DNA of 64,000 nucleotides from Mizuhopecten yessoensis (Eukaryota): NCBI RefSeq assembly GCF_002113885.1, contig NW_018408770.1, positions 838,458 to 902,457 of the forward strand, read 5' to 3'. Shown piece by piece: positions 12,519 to 25,510 of this stretch (position 1 is its first letter; each line of letters starts with the position of its first letter). The notes under the pieces were generated by a model. It saw only the letters and a program-made list of their open reading frames with translations, ran no database searches and was not told where the DNA came from. The position numbers and the translations under genes were made by a program.

Positions 12519-14371
12519 TCAGATGTGATGGGGGCATTCTTGGGAGGATTCCTGATGGGCTCTTTTAACTTTGTCCTTCCTCCAACAAGCGGCGCAAATG
12601 TGAGCCACATGTCGTCTAACTCCCATAACCTCCCCCTCATGATCCCCCTTTTCTGTGCATTTGTTTCTTTGGTATGCAGAACAAAACCAAACCATGGGCT
12701 TATCGGACGACAATTGTCCCCGGGAATTTGGGGTTTTTGACTTAGCCAGGACATGTCTAGCCAAGATTGGCACCTCAATACTAGCTGGGTTATCTGACCA
12801 ATCTTTTTCCCCAATTTCGATTTTTCTAAGCCAGGCAGCGTATAAAGACAACAGGGCTTTCCATTCGTAAATATTTGAATAGTAAACTATTCGCTTCAAA
12901 AACTCTGTTCTTCCCTCTCTTTCATTTCCAGATAACTTATTACTAGATATGATTTCTAATTCGCCTGCTACAAACAGCTTAAAGGACAACTCGTTAAACT
13001 GTATATTTTCATTGACATATTCAAATTGCAAGAATTGGTGTGGATACTTTTGAGGGAAGGCAACTGAATCGCAAGATTTTCTTTTTATTCCAGAACGTTT
13101 GGAACTAGACTTTGGTTTTACAGACCCTGAATTGCTTACCCTATCACTATCAGAATTCTCATCAGAATTGGACGAAGCCAGTGACTCTCCAAATAACTTC
13201 AAGGCATTTAACCTCTTTTCTGACCTTTCAGACACCTCACTCAACTCTCTCAACTTTTTAAAATCAGTATCAATAGACACATTACATGCCGTACCTTTCA
13301 TAGTCTTTTTATCATTGTCTCTCGTGGCCTTCCTTCCATCACGGTCCCTGTGACTACGGGTTTGTCTTGACCGACTTACGCGAATGTTGGCTAGCTCCTT
13401 TCTCAGCTGCTCAATTTCCAGCTGTTTGGCGTCGAGGATCCGTCGTTTCCGCTCTTTTCTGACCTGCTTGCGTAGTTGTTCTATTTCTCAATTTGCGGCG
13501 ATAATGTCTGTATTCTCGTTCGACTGTTCGCCGTCACCACACGTGTCGAACATATCTTCACCATCATCGGAATTTTCGTTTGAGCTGCTACCGGAAGTTG
13601 ACTTGGCTTCCTCGCTGGTCGCGTTCGTTTCCGCACGGTTCTCTTCCTCATAGCCCACCGGTTCGGTCTCTGAATTGTCTTCCTCTTTTGACTGTGCTAC
13701 TCCCTCGTGAAGAGCTTTATAGTCCAACTTCTTCCCTCGACTAGGCCTGGCCATTTCAACATAAATCACTCCAACAGAAATTAATGTTTTAATTGATTCC
13801 GCCTCTACCGAATCGAACACCCCGTCCTGACAGCTGATCAGAATACACAAAGTCAGCAATGAAAGGCCTATGACGGCCGATGAGACTACTTGCATAACAA
13901 ATTCAGTATCTTTACAGAATTCTGCTGCAGGCGGATAAGTTTGTGATTTCTTAACACTGATTTCTCGATTCACGCCGAGTCCCCGGAGTCTGGAGATACC
14001 GTCACATTTATAATTCAGGCGTGATAATCTAGTAACTTAGTTAGTTCATTCAAATCTCTGCTAGGGTATTCGAACTTTTTTCAAGACAAATAAAAAACGA
14101 TCCTGTCATCTTGGGATCTTAAAAGAGATTGAAGAAAATTTTAAGGGATGCTAATTCAAAACCACCTGATAAGACTGACCAATGGGAGTCATATGCAGAT
14201 GAGAGAGGTGACCCCCACGGACTGGTCAAGCTCGGGCCAGTGAACAGAAATTCCCGAGTCTGTGAACAGATTTCACTCTAGTGTTACACCACCCTATAAT
14301 TTGTCAACACAACACAAATTATAACATATATATACAGAGTTGTAATTAACCATTTTGGAACAAAATATACA
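11280..14371 (-). mobile_element. 3'-truncated tyrosine-recombinase retrotransposon (DIRS order, Ngaro-like); RNase H and YR regions missing
   Basis: A gag-like ORF with a C-terminal Cys/His finger is followed by a DIRS-type reverse transcriptase. The segment is flanked by a 61-bp direct repeat. Confidence 0.85.
12519..13754 (-). pseudogene. gag-like ORF1 of the DIRS/Ngaro element (~411 codons, one premature TGA at 13490-13488)
   Basis: Track ORFs 13488..13973 and 12519..13301 are in the same frame and joined by an open coiled-coil-like stretch (EIEQLRKQVRKERKRRILDAKQLEIEQLRKEL). The likely start is MARPSRGKKLDY at 13754. The C-terminus is the Cys/His finger FCSAYQRNKC...HICAACW...H...CPH. 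Confidence 0.8.
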
Positions 14372-14432
14372 AATTAAGGAACTTCATGTGTAGGTTAGAC
14401 TAGCCCCCTTCTGTATAATATTGAAATGTTCA
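14372..14432 (+). repeat. 61-bp direct repeat, right copy
   Basis: aattaaggaacttcatgtgtaggttagactagcccccttctgtataatattgaaatgttca. Confidence 0.97.
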
Positions 14433-16653
14433 GAATAAAAAATCAGGCTCTAATACTTTTGATCAGTTAATGGATGTCTAATTTCTAAGTTTCAAATCAG
14501 GGGAATAGATAAGCTTGTAGAAAAATGCAGCTCGAAAATTCTCTACAAAAAGTAAGGGGCTGGTTTAGATGTAGGTATACATTTACAGATTGTCCAGAGA
14601 CCTGTTATGGATTTCTGGATTGTAACAATTCTCTCATCTGGGAAAGTTACTGGAATATTGTTATCTCTGAAGACTGAAGAATTTGAATGAAATAAATTAT
14701 GTTGAAGCTGCTATCATAAACCTTGGGGATTAATTACAGACCACTACAATCTGACTGCTTGTCTATCCTCATGTCCTAATTATCATAAAAACGTAACTGT
14801 CGGTGTAGGGGACTACGGAGGATTTCCATATTTCATTATAACTCGGAATTAACCTGCAGATAAAATCTGTCATATCTTTTGAAAACGATGAAAATGTATG
14901 TAAAAGAGTCACTGATCAGAACCAATCTATATAGGGCACGACTATAAGGTAATGTTCCATATAAACCTTGAAAGAAATAAGATCCTAGGGTAGTGTTTTA
15001 TGATAAGAATGGTAACGTTATTACGAGGAATCTCCTGTCTACAGCCAGGGATCAACTGACATCTTTAACTCTCGTTATCATTTAAAGTAGAAGACAGAAT
15101 AGTTTTATGATAAAGCTGGTAGGCCAGGTATAAGACAATCTCCATGCTTAAGCCTGGGAATTTGAAGGAGAGTTACCCCCTGGTTATCAGTGGGCAATGT
15201 GTTCCCAGCGTAATCCACACGGCACAAAACAGCAGATCAAACCAGGCCGGTAAGGTAAGTAACAAAGTATAAAACAGGAGATAAGGTGTGGGGGGGGGGA
15301 CTACTTAGTTGGCAAACATTGCTCCAGTCCGTCCCTCATAATAAAGGAGATGGCACGGTAGTAAAGATGCAGGTCAGTCAGCTTACTAATATTCTACCTG
15401 AGATATGTATTAATTAGAATTTTATTATTGCATGATAACCTTGAAAATCCTTTTATTGGTTTTCTTTTGCTATTTTTCATTTGTTTGAATGTTAATAAAA
15501 ATGTGCGTTTGTTTCTAGAAAGGACTGTGGGGTAGATATAGAGTGGGATACAAGATCGAGATAAGAGGGAAAAGGTGTACATTTCATTTTAATATTAATG
15601 TAGGTATAACAAGAGAATTTTAAAATCTTTCAGAGCAAGGTGTCTAACATATGTAAATGCCTGTGGGGATGCAACTTTGTTTTAGTATAAAATATGACAT
15701 GGTAAAAGTATTGTAGAATTTGATGTCCAGTATTGTGTACTGTTGTCATGTTGGATGATAGATGTTTGGTGGTACAGCACCAGAGGCTTGGGAGGGTGTG
15801 TTAGCTCTATACAGGTGGGAGATGGTGAGGTTTCTGGTATGTGTAACAAATGGTCCATCAGATGTGGAAGTGACAGTTAAACATGGGGCACCTGTTATAG
15901 TATACACTTTATACATACCTTATTACAACCTACACAGATAAGAACAGGTTTAACTCTCTATAATAGTTATACAGAAAAACCTGTTACCTGTGGTAGAATC
16001 CAGACTCTGCTAAGGGAGGAAATCCCACCATTTTCTGTTATACAGGTTTTGAAAAGTATTTTCCTGTTAAATATTTGCCTTTTCCATGATAATCATGCAA
16101 GAACAATTCTTGATTTAATGCCCTTTTTAGGGAGTTGAAATATTTTAAAATTATCCCCAGCAATATTGCAGAAAAAATCAGGTATTAGCATAGCTAATAT
16201 GATGACCACCAAGGCAGTGGATAAGCTCCCTGCTTTAAAAACAAGAGGTCCCAGCAGGCAGGTGATTATATCCCCATGGCAGAGGTTTTTGTTAATAAAG
16301 AAATGATAATAAATATATATTTCTTTCTAAGAGATATCCCTTGGCTATGGTAAGTGGGCAAGCAACTCTCCTTGTCAGAAAATTCAGACCGAATTCGAAC
16401 TCTTCTTCTTAAGAGATGCAACAACAAATAAAAAATATAAATTATGGTTATATGTTCTGAGATTTAAAAATTTGACTTGATGTGTCATTAGTTTAGGACT
16501 CTGAGAACAACTATGGAGTACTGGAAAAATAGCTGGACTAATTAATCTTTGTTCTTGGCAATGTCAAGAAGGTAATAATTCTGGTTGGAGTTTGAGTTAT
16601 TCCAGGAGTTGATAGCTATGATTAATTTGCTAGATCCTGTAGCATATGATTTA

Positions 16654-18085
16654 CCGTAAAAACCCATGTAATTTGCACACTTTTTTTTCAGAAATTTAAT
16701 ACCCAAAGTGGGGGGTGCGTAAAATACACAGGTTTTGAAAAATTCAAGTTTTTTTCAGGAAAAGATCGACGATTCTGAGAGATCGCCATCTTGGATTATG
16801 TCCCTTGGTACACGGAACTCTAAGAAAAATGACGATCAACAAATTTATTTATGTCAAACATTAATAAAAGATACATAATGTGTTGTTATGTGAGTTTATG
16901 TGAAAAGTATTAATAAATAGGTAACCGTTAACAAAAAAAGTTTAGCCAAATTCCTATGCAAGAGAATCGCCGATCAACTTACGACATTACGTTTCGACAT
17001 CTCGGTGCATTTCCCCATACTATTACGAAAATGTAGTTGTTCAATTTAAGCTCCGTTCTATGTAAGTTCTGTAAGTTTTTTCAAATCGCCTATGCGTATA
17101 CGTATAGCTTGGTTTGTTTCCGGCTCACTTTCATGTTGATCTCGCGTCTAACATTACGTAAACACGTGATTGATAATAACCTCGTGAATTATTTCAATAT
17201 TTATTAAATGAAGCATCGTAAAAATAGTCTGCGTTAACTATTTTTTTCCTTGGAGTAGATTTGAAGAGGATGTATTGATTGTCCACGCTTCTAGTATAAA
17301 CATATTTTTTATAATCCCTTATCAGTCAAATCAGTCTGTAGTTATGACAATGCAGTAGGGCTTCGTAATTCACGCCACGTGTTGGCGAGTGAAAAAAACA
17401 ACAACACGGTCCGTCGATCGCGACTGCAAATCATTTCAATTAGTAGAGCTATTGTTAACGGGTAATCACAGAGATAGTGTTAGCTCATTACTGCATTGTA
17501 ATTTGTAAAAAAATATCGCCAAACCACGGACTTAGATAATCTAATTCCGTGGCCAAACTGAACTGTGACATGACCTGGTTTGAAGTGACGTAACCCAAGC
17601 CGCCATGATGAGCCCTTCTCACTGATCGTAATTATGATCAATAAAAGGTATCTAATTATGTCTTTCACCAGGAGATATGCACCAGCGGTTACTAAACATC
17701 GAATTACTTATTAATTGATATGTTTTTGTAAGCAAGTAAATGTTTTATGTAAAATATTGCTAAAATGAATTGATGTATGCCGATATGCGCACACGTGTGT
17801 GTCATGTGTGATCAGATAATTCAAAGAAAACAAGCAACAAAATACACATTTTACGTAGTTTCTTCTTGGTTTTAAATATCATTTTACATCATTGAAAAAA
17901 AAATCATAGAAATATATTTAAAAAAAATATATTCAGAGATCGATTTTCGGAGCATGAACATCGTTTTTTCCCCAGATTTTTTGGGTGCGCAAAAATATTC
18001 GAGTAGAACCTTTTTTCCCGATTTTCAGCCTCAAAAAGTACCTGCGCAAATTACACAGGTGCGCAAATTACATGGGTTTTTACGG
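16654..18085. mobile_element. Non-autonomous Tc1/mariner-superfamily (Tc2/pogo-like) DNA transposon, 1432 bp
   Basis: 27-bp TIRs ccgtaaaaacccatgtaatttgc(a/g)cac with one mismatch, TA duplications at 16652-53 and 18086-87, and subterminal gcg.aaa.tacacaggt repeats. No transposase ORF; CpG-richer than its flanks. Confidence 0.92.
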
Positions 18086-19260
18086 TACTGCAATTTTTTT
18101 AGAATTTCTGTTATTTTTGTTCCCCAAGTAACTTAGGAAAGCATGTCAACTGGTTATTGACAAAGTCTCTATCATGGAAATAATGATAATTCTGTCATAC
18201 ATCAATTTCCAGAACATTGTGTTTGTCATGACATACCATTAGGAGCTTTGATAACTCTGACTCAAACACTACTTATCCAAAACAAATGTTCAGGTTTATT
18301 GGGTGAACAAAATTATTGAAGAAAACTGAAAGGGTTATATAGAGCATTTTGAAGACTTTTCCTTGTTCCATCCTATTGAATTATAACTGAGCTTTTACTA
18401 GGATGAAAGGACGGTTATAATTGACAACCAACTCATCTCTGTTCCGTTGGGCACATTTTAAAAGGACATGGTTCAGAAGGTTCTTTCATTTCTTATGAAA
18501 AGGATTTTATAGTTATCAAGATTTCAGTCTATTTACTACATGTAAACCCTGAGGAACATGCTGAGCCAATTAAGATGAGACAAATTGATGATAACTGTCA
18601 GATATATCTCCATCAGCACTAAGGCTTCCTCTTTTGTTCTCGATATAAAATTAATGAGAAGATACAGACAAAAATCTCATTTATATCGAGATAACTCATA
18701 GGGAAATTATCTGCCTAGAAATAAATTGATAGTAATATGATTATTCATATTAAAAAAAAAACACCAATGGCACAATTTGCTTCAAACATATTGTTATTTA
18801 GCCATGGTGTGCAGAGAGTCATTCTGGTATGGAAATAAATGTGATGAACGGGATTGTTGGCTGACAGATTAGATGTATATCCGTAATGGTTAAATCGCTA
18901 ATGCTGAGGTAAAATGCTATCCCAAAACCCAGGTCATTTTATTGATAAACACATGTTTGATGGTTTTTATGAAGTTTTTGAAATTCTGTCAAAATTGATA
19001 TAAGTTTTATATATTGCTGTCAAATCACTTTTTGCAAATATATCATGTATATAAGGTCTTTCCTTATTGGTAACAAATCGTTTCTGAAAATAGTGATAGA
19101 AAGTGGAATGGGTTTCTGTCATGATATCTGAATGGAAACGACAATCTTTTCAGTCACAGTGTGTGTAGAACCTGTTGGTGCATTAATGGCATTTGTCTCA
19201 AGGAAGATACACCAATTAGATGTTGATATTTCCTACAGCATATAATCAACCTAATGAGCA

Positions 19261-19287
19261 CCCCCCCCCCCCCCCCCCCCCCCCCCC
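19261..19287. repeat. poly-C tract (27 nt)
   Basis: Uninterrupted C run followed by a short (ca)n. Confidence 0.95.
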
Positions 19288-22200
19288 ATCCCACACACAC
19301 ATGCCCCAACATTTAAAGGTGTGCTAAAACAACCAAGTGCTCTCATTATGTGGTAAATATGATATATGATCTAAGCTGTGCTTCTTAATTACAGGATATT
19401 CTGACACTCTATGAGTTTTCTCTCTGATTTGCAGCATTTTGAAGCATTATTGTCTTTTTTCAATGTCTTAAAAATGGAAACTGAGTATGATATTGTGAAG
19501 TCAACTGATGACATTTTAAAACATTTCAAAATTCCATCTGAAATTTAACGGACTATAAGCTAACCAGCAGCACATCAGTATAATTCTGGTAATTATGTTC
19601 TGAATGTTCTTTCCCTGGTTGCATGATACTAAAAAAAAAATAACCAGAATGCTTTATATATATTTGAATCCATAGGAACCGATCTTTAGAGGATAATAAA
19701 TTGTAAGGCTACATTGTAATCCAACCTATCATATCTCCTGTGTATGTCTGTCTTTGTTATTTGATAGGAGCTACTAAAGTAAAGATACGCCTCGAGATCT
19801 GCTTTATTAATGCTTCTGTCATCATTGGAATCTGATACCTATTCCTGTACTCTTGTCTCTTGTTTAGAGGAGATGAAACGGTGATTTTAGTGTCGGTGAT
19901 GTCGGTGACCAGACTAATTAGCCATTACACAGAAATTTGTATTCTGCAGGTGTCTAATTGTCAGTGATTTTTTGGGAGTATATTTGGTGCCAAATTTCCT
20001 GTCTTTTCCTGTAGATAATATATTTCTTTCAACCCACTCATTTATTCTGAGGAAAATGAAAATGAAAGTTAAAATGAAATTTCCTATTTCTCCCAAACAA
20101 CAGTATATTAAGTATGTTGACTAAAATTGTGATTTGAGTGTTGTTTGTTGTTGTGTTCTAAGAAAATATGCAATCTTCAGAAGTTCATAATAGTGCTGTT
20201 ATATTTTCCCAGTTGACAAGGCAGTCAGGGCCCTGTGGTTATAGAGGGTAGTAAATCACTGAATGGTTTTCAATATTCATTTGCCTTTTACTAGCTATTG
20301 TGTGGATCGAACCATTAAAAACCTGAGGCAAGTATGATATCAGTATCATTATGAACAAGTTTACACCCATACAATTTAGCACTCACACTGACACTCTGTA
20401 AAGCAAAGTACATTATTTTACATGAAAATTGCATTAATGTTCTCTAAATTGTCTGAACACCTTAGGCCATAAACAGTTAGATTTATTTAGGCTGGTGGGA
20501 CTGCTAGGTTATTGGTGCCTCTGGTGTGGCCCTTTCATGGACGATGACATCTTGTCCAGGGGTCCCCTGCAGTGGTAGGCATATATCTGTCACAGGCCAG
20601 AGATTCAGGTCAGGCTGATTTGACCAGCCTAATAGTGTTTATCATTATGATAATATTTTACTGCAGTTGAATGATTTACTTGACTTAATGTATTTCCTGT
20701 GAGGTGACAAAGGTGTGATGGTACTGATAAACTAATATACATACGAGTACATTGTGTTCTGTTAAAGATGGGTTCTCTTGTGTTTTCTGTGTTTTTAAAC
20801 ATTATTCTATTGACATGCATGGAAAAAAAATCATTATAGCAACGGTATGAATTATAAATCAATATGAATGTATGTTGATGAGCCTCGAAGTCCCATCCCA
20901 ATGGGCTTTGTAAGCTAATACGTGACTCATTGTTATCTCGTACAGTACAGCAGGTCTAGAGCTACACTTGTTAATCAAATGAGCCACATCTATAGCATAT
21001 TTTCAATTTTTCAGAAAGGGCATTATTTTCATGAATATGAACTTGCTGCATCAAAAGTGATTACAAAGTATGTGTAATTCGGATACTTGGCAACCTTTTA
21101 GATTTGTTCGCTGTTTGGAAAAATCTACAGAATGAACTTACAATACACCTGCAATTTGGAAAATATTGATGTAATTATCTAAAATTCATTACCTTCAGCT
21201 GTTCTATTTAATGAACTTAATTGATTTGAGGAAAATACAGAATGTAAGGAATTTTGCTGATTTCAGATGTCGGAAATTAGTCTTCCCCCTTCCTTCTCAA
21301 AGTAAGGAGACTCGGCAAGTATATATATAGGAGCGAAATCACAACCATCCAAGGTACAATAGTTCCATGACAATCTTTGCCCTATAGAGACAATTTAAAC
21401 TCTAATGCCGAAAATTTATATCATCTCTTTGACTCAAATGACTTTTTGATAAAAGTGTGCATATTTCAGTGTTTTCTTCAAAAGCTATCTGGAGAACATG
21501 GTTTATCTCGAGGGTTGCTCATGTCCTTGAAACTTTGGGTATTGACTTGGTTGTTTGACTGATCTATCAGGCAGTGTACCTCTGGCTGTGTATTGACTGT
21601 TTTGAAGAGTAGTTTTGATTCTTCATCTCCAATTGCCCCTTCTAATCTTTCTCATGTATACAAGCCAGCTTTTCTGGTTGCAGTGGATGAAAGAGTATAA
21701 GGGAAAGTTACTTGGCATAACACGCAATTTTGAATTAATTGTTCATATTTTTGGATAAAATTGATGGAAAATAGGTGTGTTAGTTGAAGTTGTTTAGATT
21801 CTTTATAATTTTGATTTTAGATAAAAAGGATGTAAAGAGATCAAAATATCAAAAATGTCCAGAGTTGAAAGGGAATCGAGAATATTTCAACCATACAGGA
21901 GTCTACAGAAAGTTGAACGTTTACATTCAGATTATAATTGAATGTTATTTCTGTCTTCTTTGTAAACCTGCCTATATCCTTGGCGGACCTAATATAACAT
22001 GATTTCATAAGCAGAAAGAACATGTAATCCAAGAAAAAAAATGAAGATAAAAGAGTTATCGATGTTATATAAATAGGCCTTTAAATTTCTGCTATATCAT
22101 TTCAGGAATTGGCCAAAACATACCGAAATATGATCGTGTGTGTTATAGGGTAGCTTTGGGATTAGATTCAGTTGAAGTATTATAGTCTGGATTTCTTCTG

Positions 22201-25200
22201 TTTGATTGATGTCACGTTGAAGAGTCACCCAAGAAAATAAAAAGTTTGCCCAAGTTTATTTAGCACTATTGATTTCCTGTTGAAGTAATCCCTTTACATG
22301 GTATGGTAATTTTGTCGACCAACCTTTAAAGATAAGTCCACGTTATTTGAAGCAGTATCAGGTTTGGCCCGTTTTGTAGGAGTCTTGCATTGAAGAAACG
22401 AGCTTGGAGGGAGACATAATAAGTGATAGGTACTTAGCATATGAATGGATGCGTCATGGCTGAGTTAACTTCTACACAGCTCTCCTCAATAGTTTCTACA
22501 CTTAACTTAAATCTCAGGTAACATCCTATTGTACACCAGCGATTCTCCAATTTTCATGTTTGCCCTCGGGTCTTTGTAAACCATATGGTCACCTCTGCGG
22601 TAATTACCTGTAGCAGCGCTGGACAGACAGGTAAGATATAGGGTCTGGTGTGGAGGTGGTGTGTTTAGTGCCTAAATTGTTCATTTCCTGGTCATTTGAA
22701 TGGTCAGTCTCCGGCCAAACAGTACTATTCATCACACAGGTGTAATGAAGGACTGTTGGAGTAACGTTTGGAGATATATTTACCTGTGCGTTGATCAGTG
22801 AGCTGGAACAGACGTAATATATTTATATATACTGGAGGCTCGGCATGTGTATGTGCATTACAAGTTATGCGTATCACAGAATGTGTATGTTGGTATTCTA
22901 AGGACCGTGTTGGATATTTTGTCGGGAGGATAGCTTATTAGGACCCCAATACAGGTAAGGTCAGCAGGTGACACACCAGCTTAAAATAGTCCAGATTATA
23001 CTACTATAGGGACTTAATATGAAGACATTCATTCACACTCTACAAGTCTGAATGGGTGACTACAATGTACGTGGACATTTATACATACAGTCAGTCAGTC
23101 TTTCATGAACGGTCCCAATGAAATATTGTATTACATGTGGAAAATATAGTGCCTGTACGCGATATGTTTTGATAAAACGGACAGAAGTTCTGATTTGTCA
23201 TTATGTATATTGTGACATATACTTCAGTTGGTCTGTGTGTGATATATGTGGGACATGATTCATAAACCATACTTAGGATACCTGAACAACAACAAAGGTG
23301 AGATTACCAGGTGTAACTACCTGGAATACTTACATGAGCCTGGTACACTACAGTTTACTAGTGTGCTGGCTACAGAGATAATGGGTGCTGATGAAGTGTT
23401 TATTTGCCTGTAACACTAGCTCTATGATAGGTTCATAACACATAAAGGCCCAGGTAGAGCTGGTGTATAATTAGTATACTTGTAATGACCGTGGGACCCA
23501 GTGTCCTACCAAGGGGGTAGGGAGAGAGTTTTGTTGTATTGGAGGGTAGGGAGGGATGACCAAAGTACTTTTCTGACTGTGGAAACTCCTGTCATACCAG
23601 ACATTTGGGAAGGGACACGTACCCCATGTTCCTCTGTGACTGGAGACCTGTTCTACAACCAGGGCAGGCCAAGGGACAACCTTAGTTCCTACTTAAATGA
23701 GGGATCTTCTTTACAACCAGACGTGGGGACGGATGTAAGGATCTGTCACCATGCATGTACTACCACCTACCTCCCTGTCTGACTATGGGAGGTGTAGGGA
23801 ACTTGACAGAGATTTCTGGTGGACTGCAGTATGTCTTTAACAGAGCTCCAAAGCAAAGATTAGAGGGTCGACTGGATTGTGTCTCTAACACACATACCCT
23901 TCCCTTTGTCCATTGATAATACTCCCTAGCTTTAATTCTTGCAAGGTCACTCCATGAGATTTTCCACCTGGCTGCAGCTCATTGACCCTCTGTGTAACAC
24001 TTCATGGAGGAGGGTTAGGTTGTCCACACCAGTCTAACCCAACCACATGTACAACGCACCTCCCGATCTATAGCACAATTTAGCAGCCAAGAAAAAACAT
24101 GTAGCCTTAATGTGTCTCATGATTGCTTCATTTCCTTGGATTTTATGTGATACCTGCTGTTGTAAGGCTGATAATTGGAATACCTTAGTGAGGTCTGTTT
24201 TATGATACACTTGCTTATACACACCCCTGTTAAGTTTTAACAAACCTATTTGTTACTTTGTGTGAATATCTAAAATAGGAAATGGGACATATTTTTGGCA
24301 CAGACTTTTTCTATGTGATTTTCTACCTGACTGGATTTGAATGACCGCTGGAACATTTTTGTTACACTCCTAAAAAAGGTGGGTCCTTTTCTGACTTAAA
24401 GGGGTATATGTTTACACTTACAGAATACGGCCTATTGTACTGTGGCAGGTAAGAGGAAACATTGGTGTATTTGTAAAATTTAAAAAAAATAGTTGTTGCA
24501 AGGTCATTGCAGTAGATATTTTGCTTGGCTGTGTGTGTAGTTGAGGGGTTGAGGGTTGAGGGGGGGNATAACAGTAATACATAGTGTACCTGTGTAACTG
24601 TACATAAAACTAGACACTTGTAGAACCTGTTTTCTTACCTGTGTTTATGATGGTGTTACTCCGGTGGTCGAGGGCGGAGAGATATAAAAACTATGCTAAT
24701 ACATCTATATCCCTGTAATTGATACTCAGCATTTATACCTATGTGTACCTGTAGGCAAAAAATTAGGATATCGCCCTAAACAGGTTCTTACGCTCATCAA
24801 ATATTCAGGGTGTTATACAGGTGTGCTGTCCAGTCATATTTGTTTACAATCGCCCGTCTTCACCTGTCCTCAGGTGAGTAAAACACATAGCCAGAGGGAC
24901 AGGGGAAATCATTAAATTAATATTGTAAGTTGGATGCCAGTTAATGGCAGATGTAAATTTTATCTTGTCTGGGGCTGATTTATAGTGCTAGCCTGAGGTA
25001 AACACCAACATCCAGACCACAGATTATTGATCAATTGATCAGGAATTAAGTACACACCCAGATCTATATCAGCTATATATATATATATATATATATAAAG
25101 AAAACATTGAGAAGTCCTTGTGTTGGAATTAAATATATATATAGGTACTGGATACCGGCGAAGTTTGTGCATTATTGACATCAGATATGTTATATATATT

Positions 25201-25363
25201 TTAAATGACTAAGTTATGTAAATTAAAAAGGCTGTGATAGAAGACGTTACGGGACAGGATAGGATTGCTACCATTGATCATACTGCACAGATAGGGTTGT
25301 GATCAGCTTTTTATATTGTGTTTATTTACCTGTATTGACTAGATCTATAAGTGAAAGATACAC

Positions 25364-25510
25364 ATTGACGTCAATATAACCAATCATGTCGGAGTTGGAA
25401 ACCAGGCCAAGCGCCGAGGTTTTATCTCGCGTGTCATCTATATCATGTTTCCCGGCTTACATTGTCCTGTTTTAGAGGATTTAATGCTGAAGCATTGTTG
25501 TAAGGTAAGC
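25364..25510 (+). promoter_or_regulatory. Candidate promoter and non-coding first exon (possibly of KANK)
   Basis: 12-bp palindrome attgacgtcaat containing a full CRE (TGACGTCA, 25366-25373), CCAAT at 25380, local CpG enrichment, and a strong donor aag|gtaagc after 25504. Confidence 0.3.

Noticed and set aside
11317-13653. Plus-strand and alternative-frame ORFs over the DIRS element (for example 12515..12814)
   Set aside because: Shadows of gag/RT; none shows tyrosine-recombinase RHRY residues.
13755-13973. N-terminal hydrophobic extension of ORF 13488..13973
   Set aside because: It depends on a non-ATG start in the track. The composition changes at MARPSRGKK (13754), which is the more plausible start, though an upstream ATG in the same frame cannot be excluded.
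24545-24570. G-tract with an ambiguous base
   Set aside because: Likely a homopolymer sequencing problem; no further structure.
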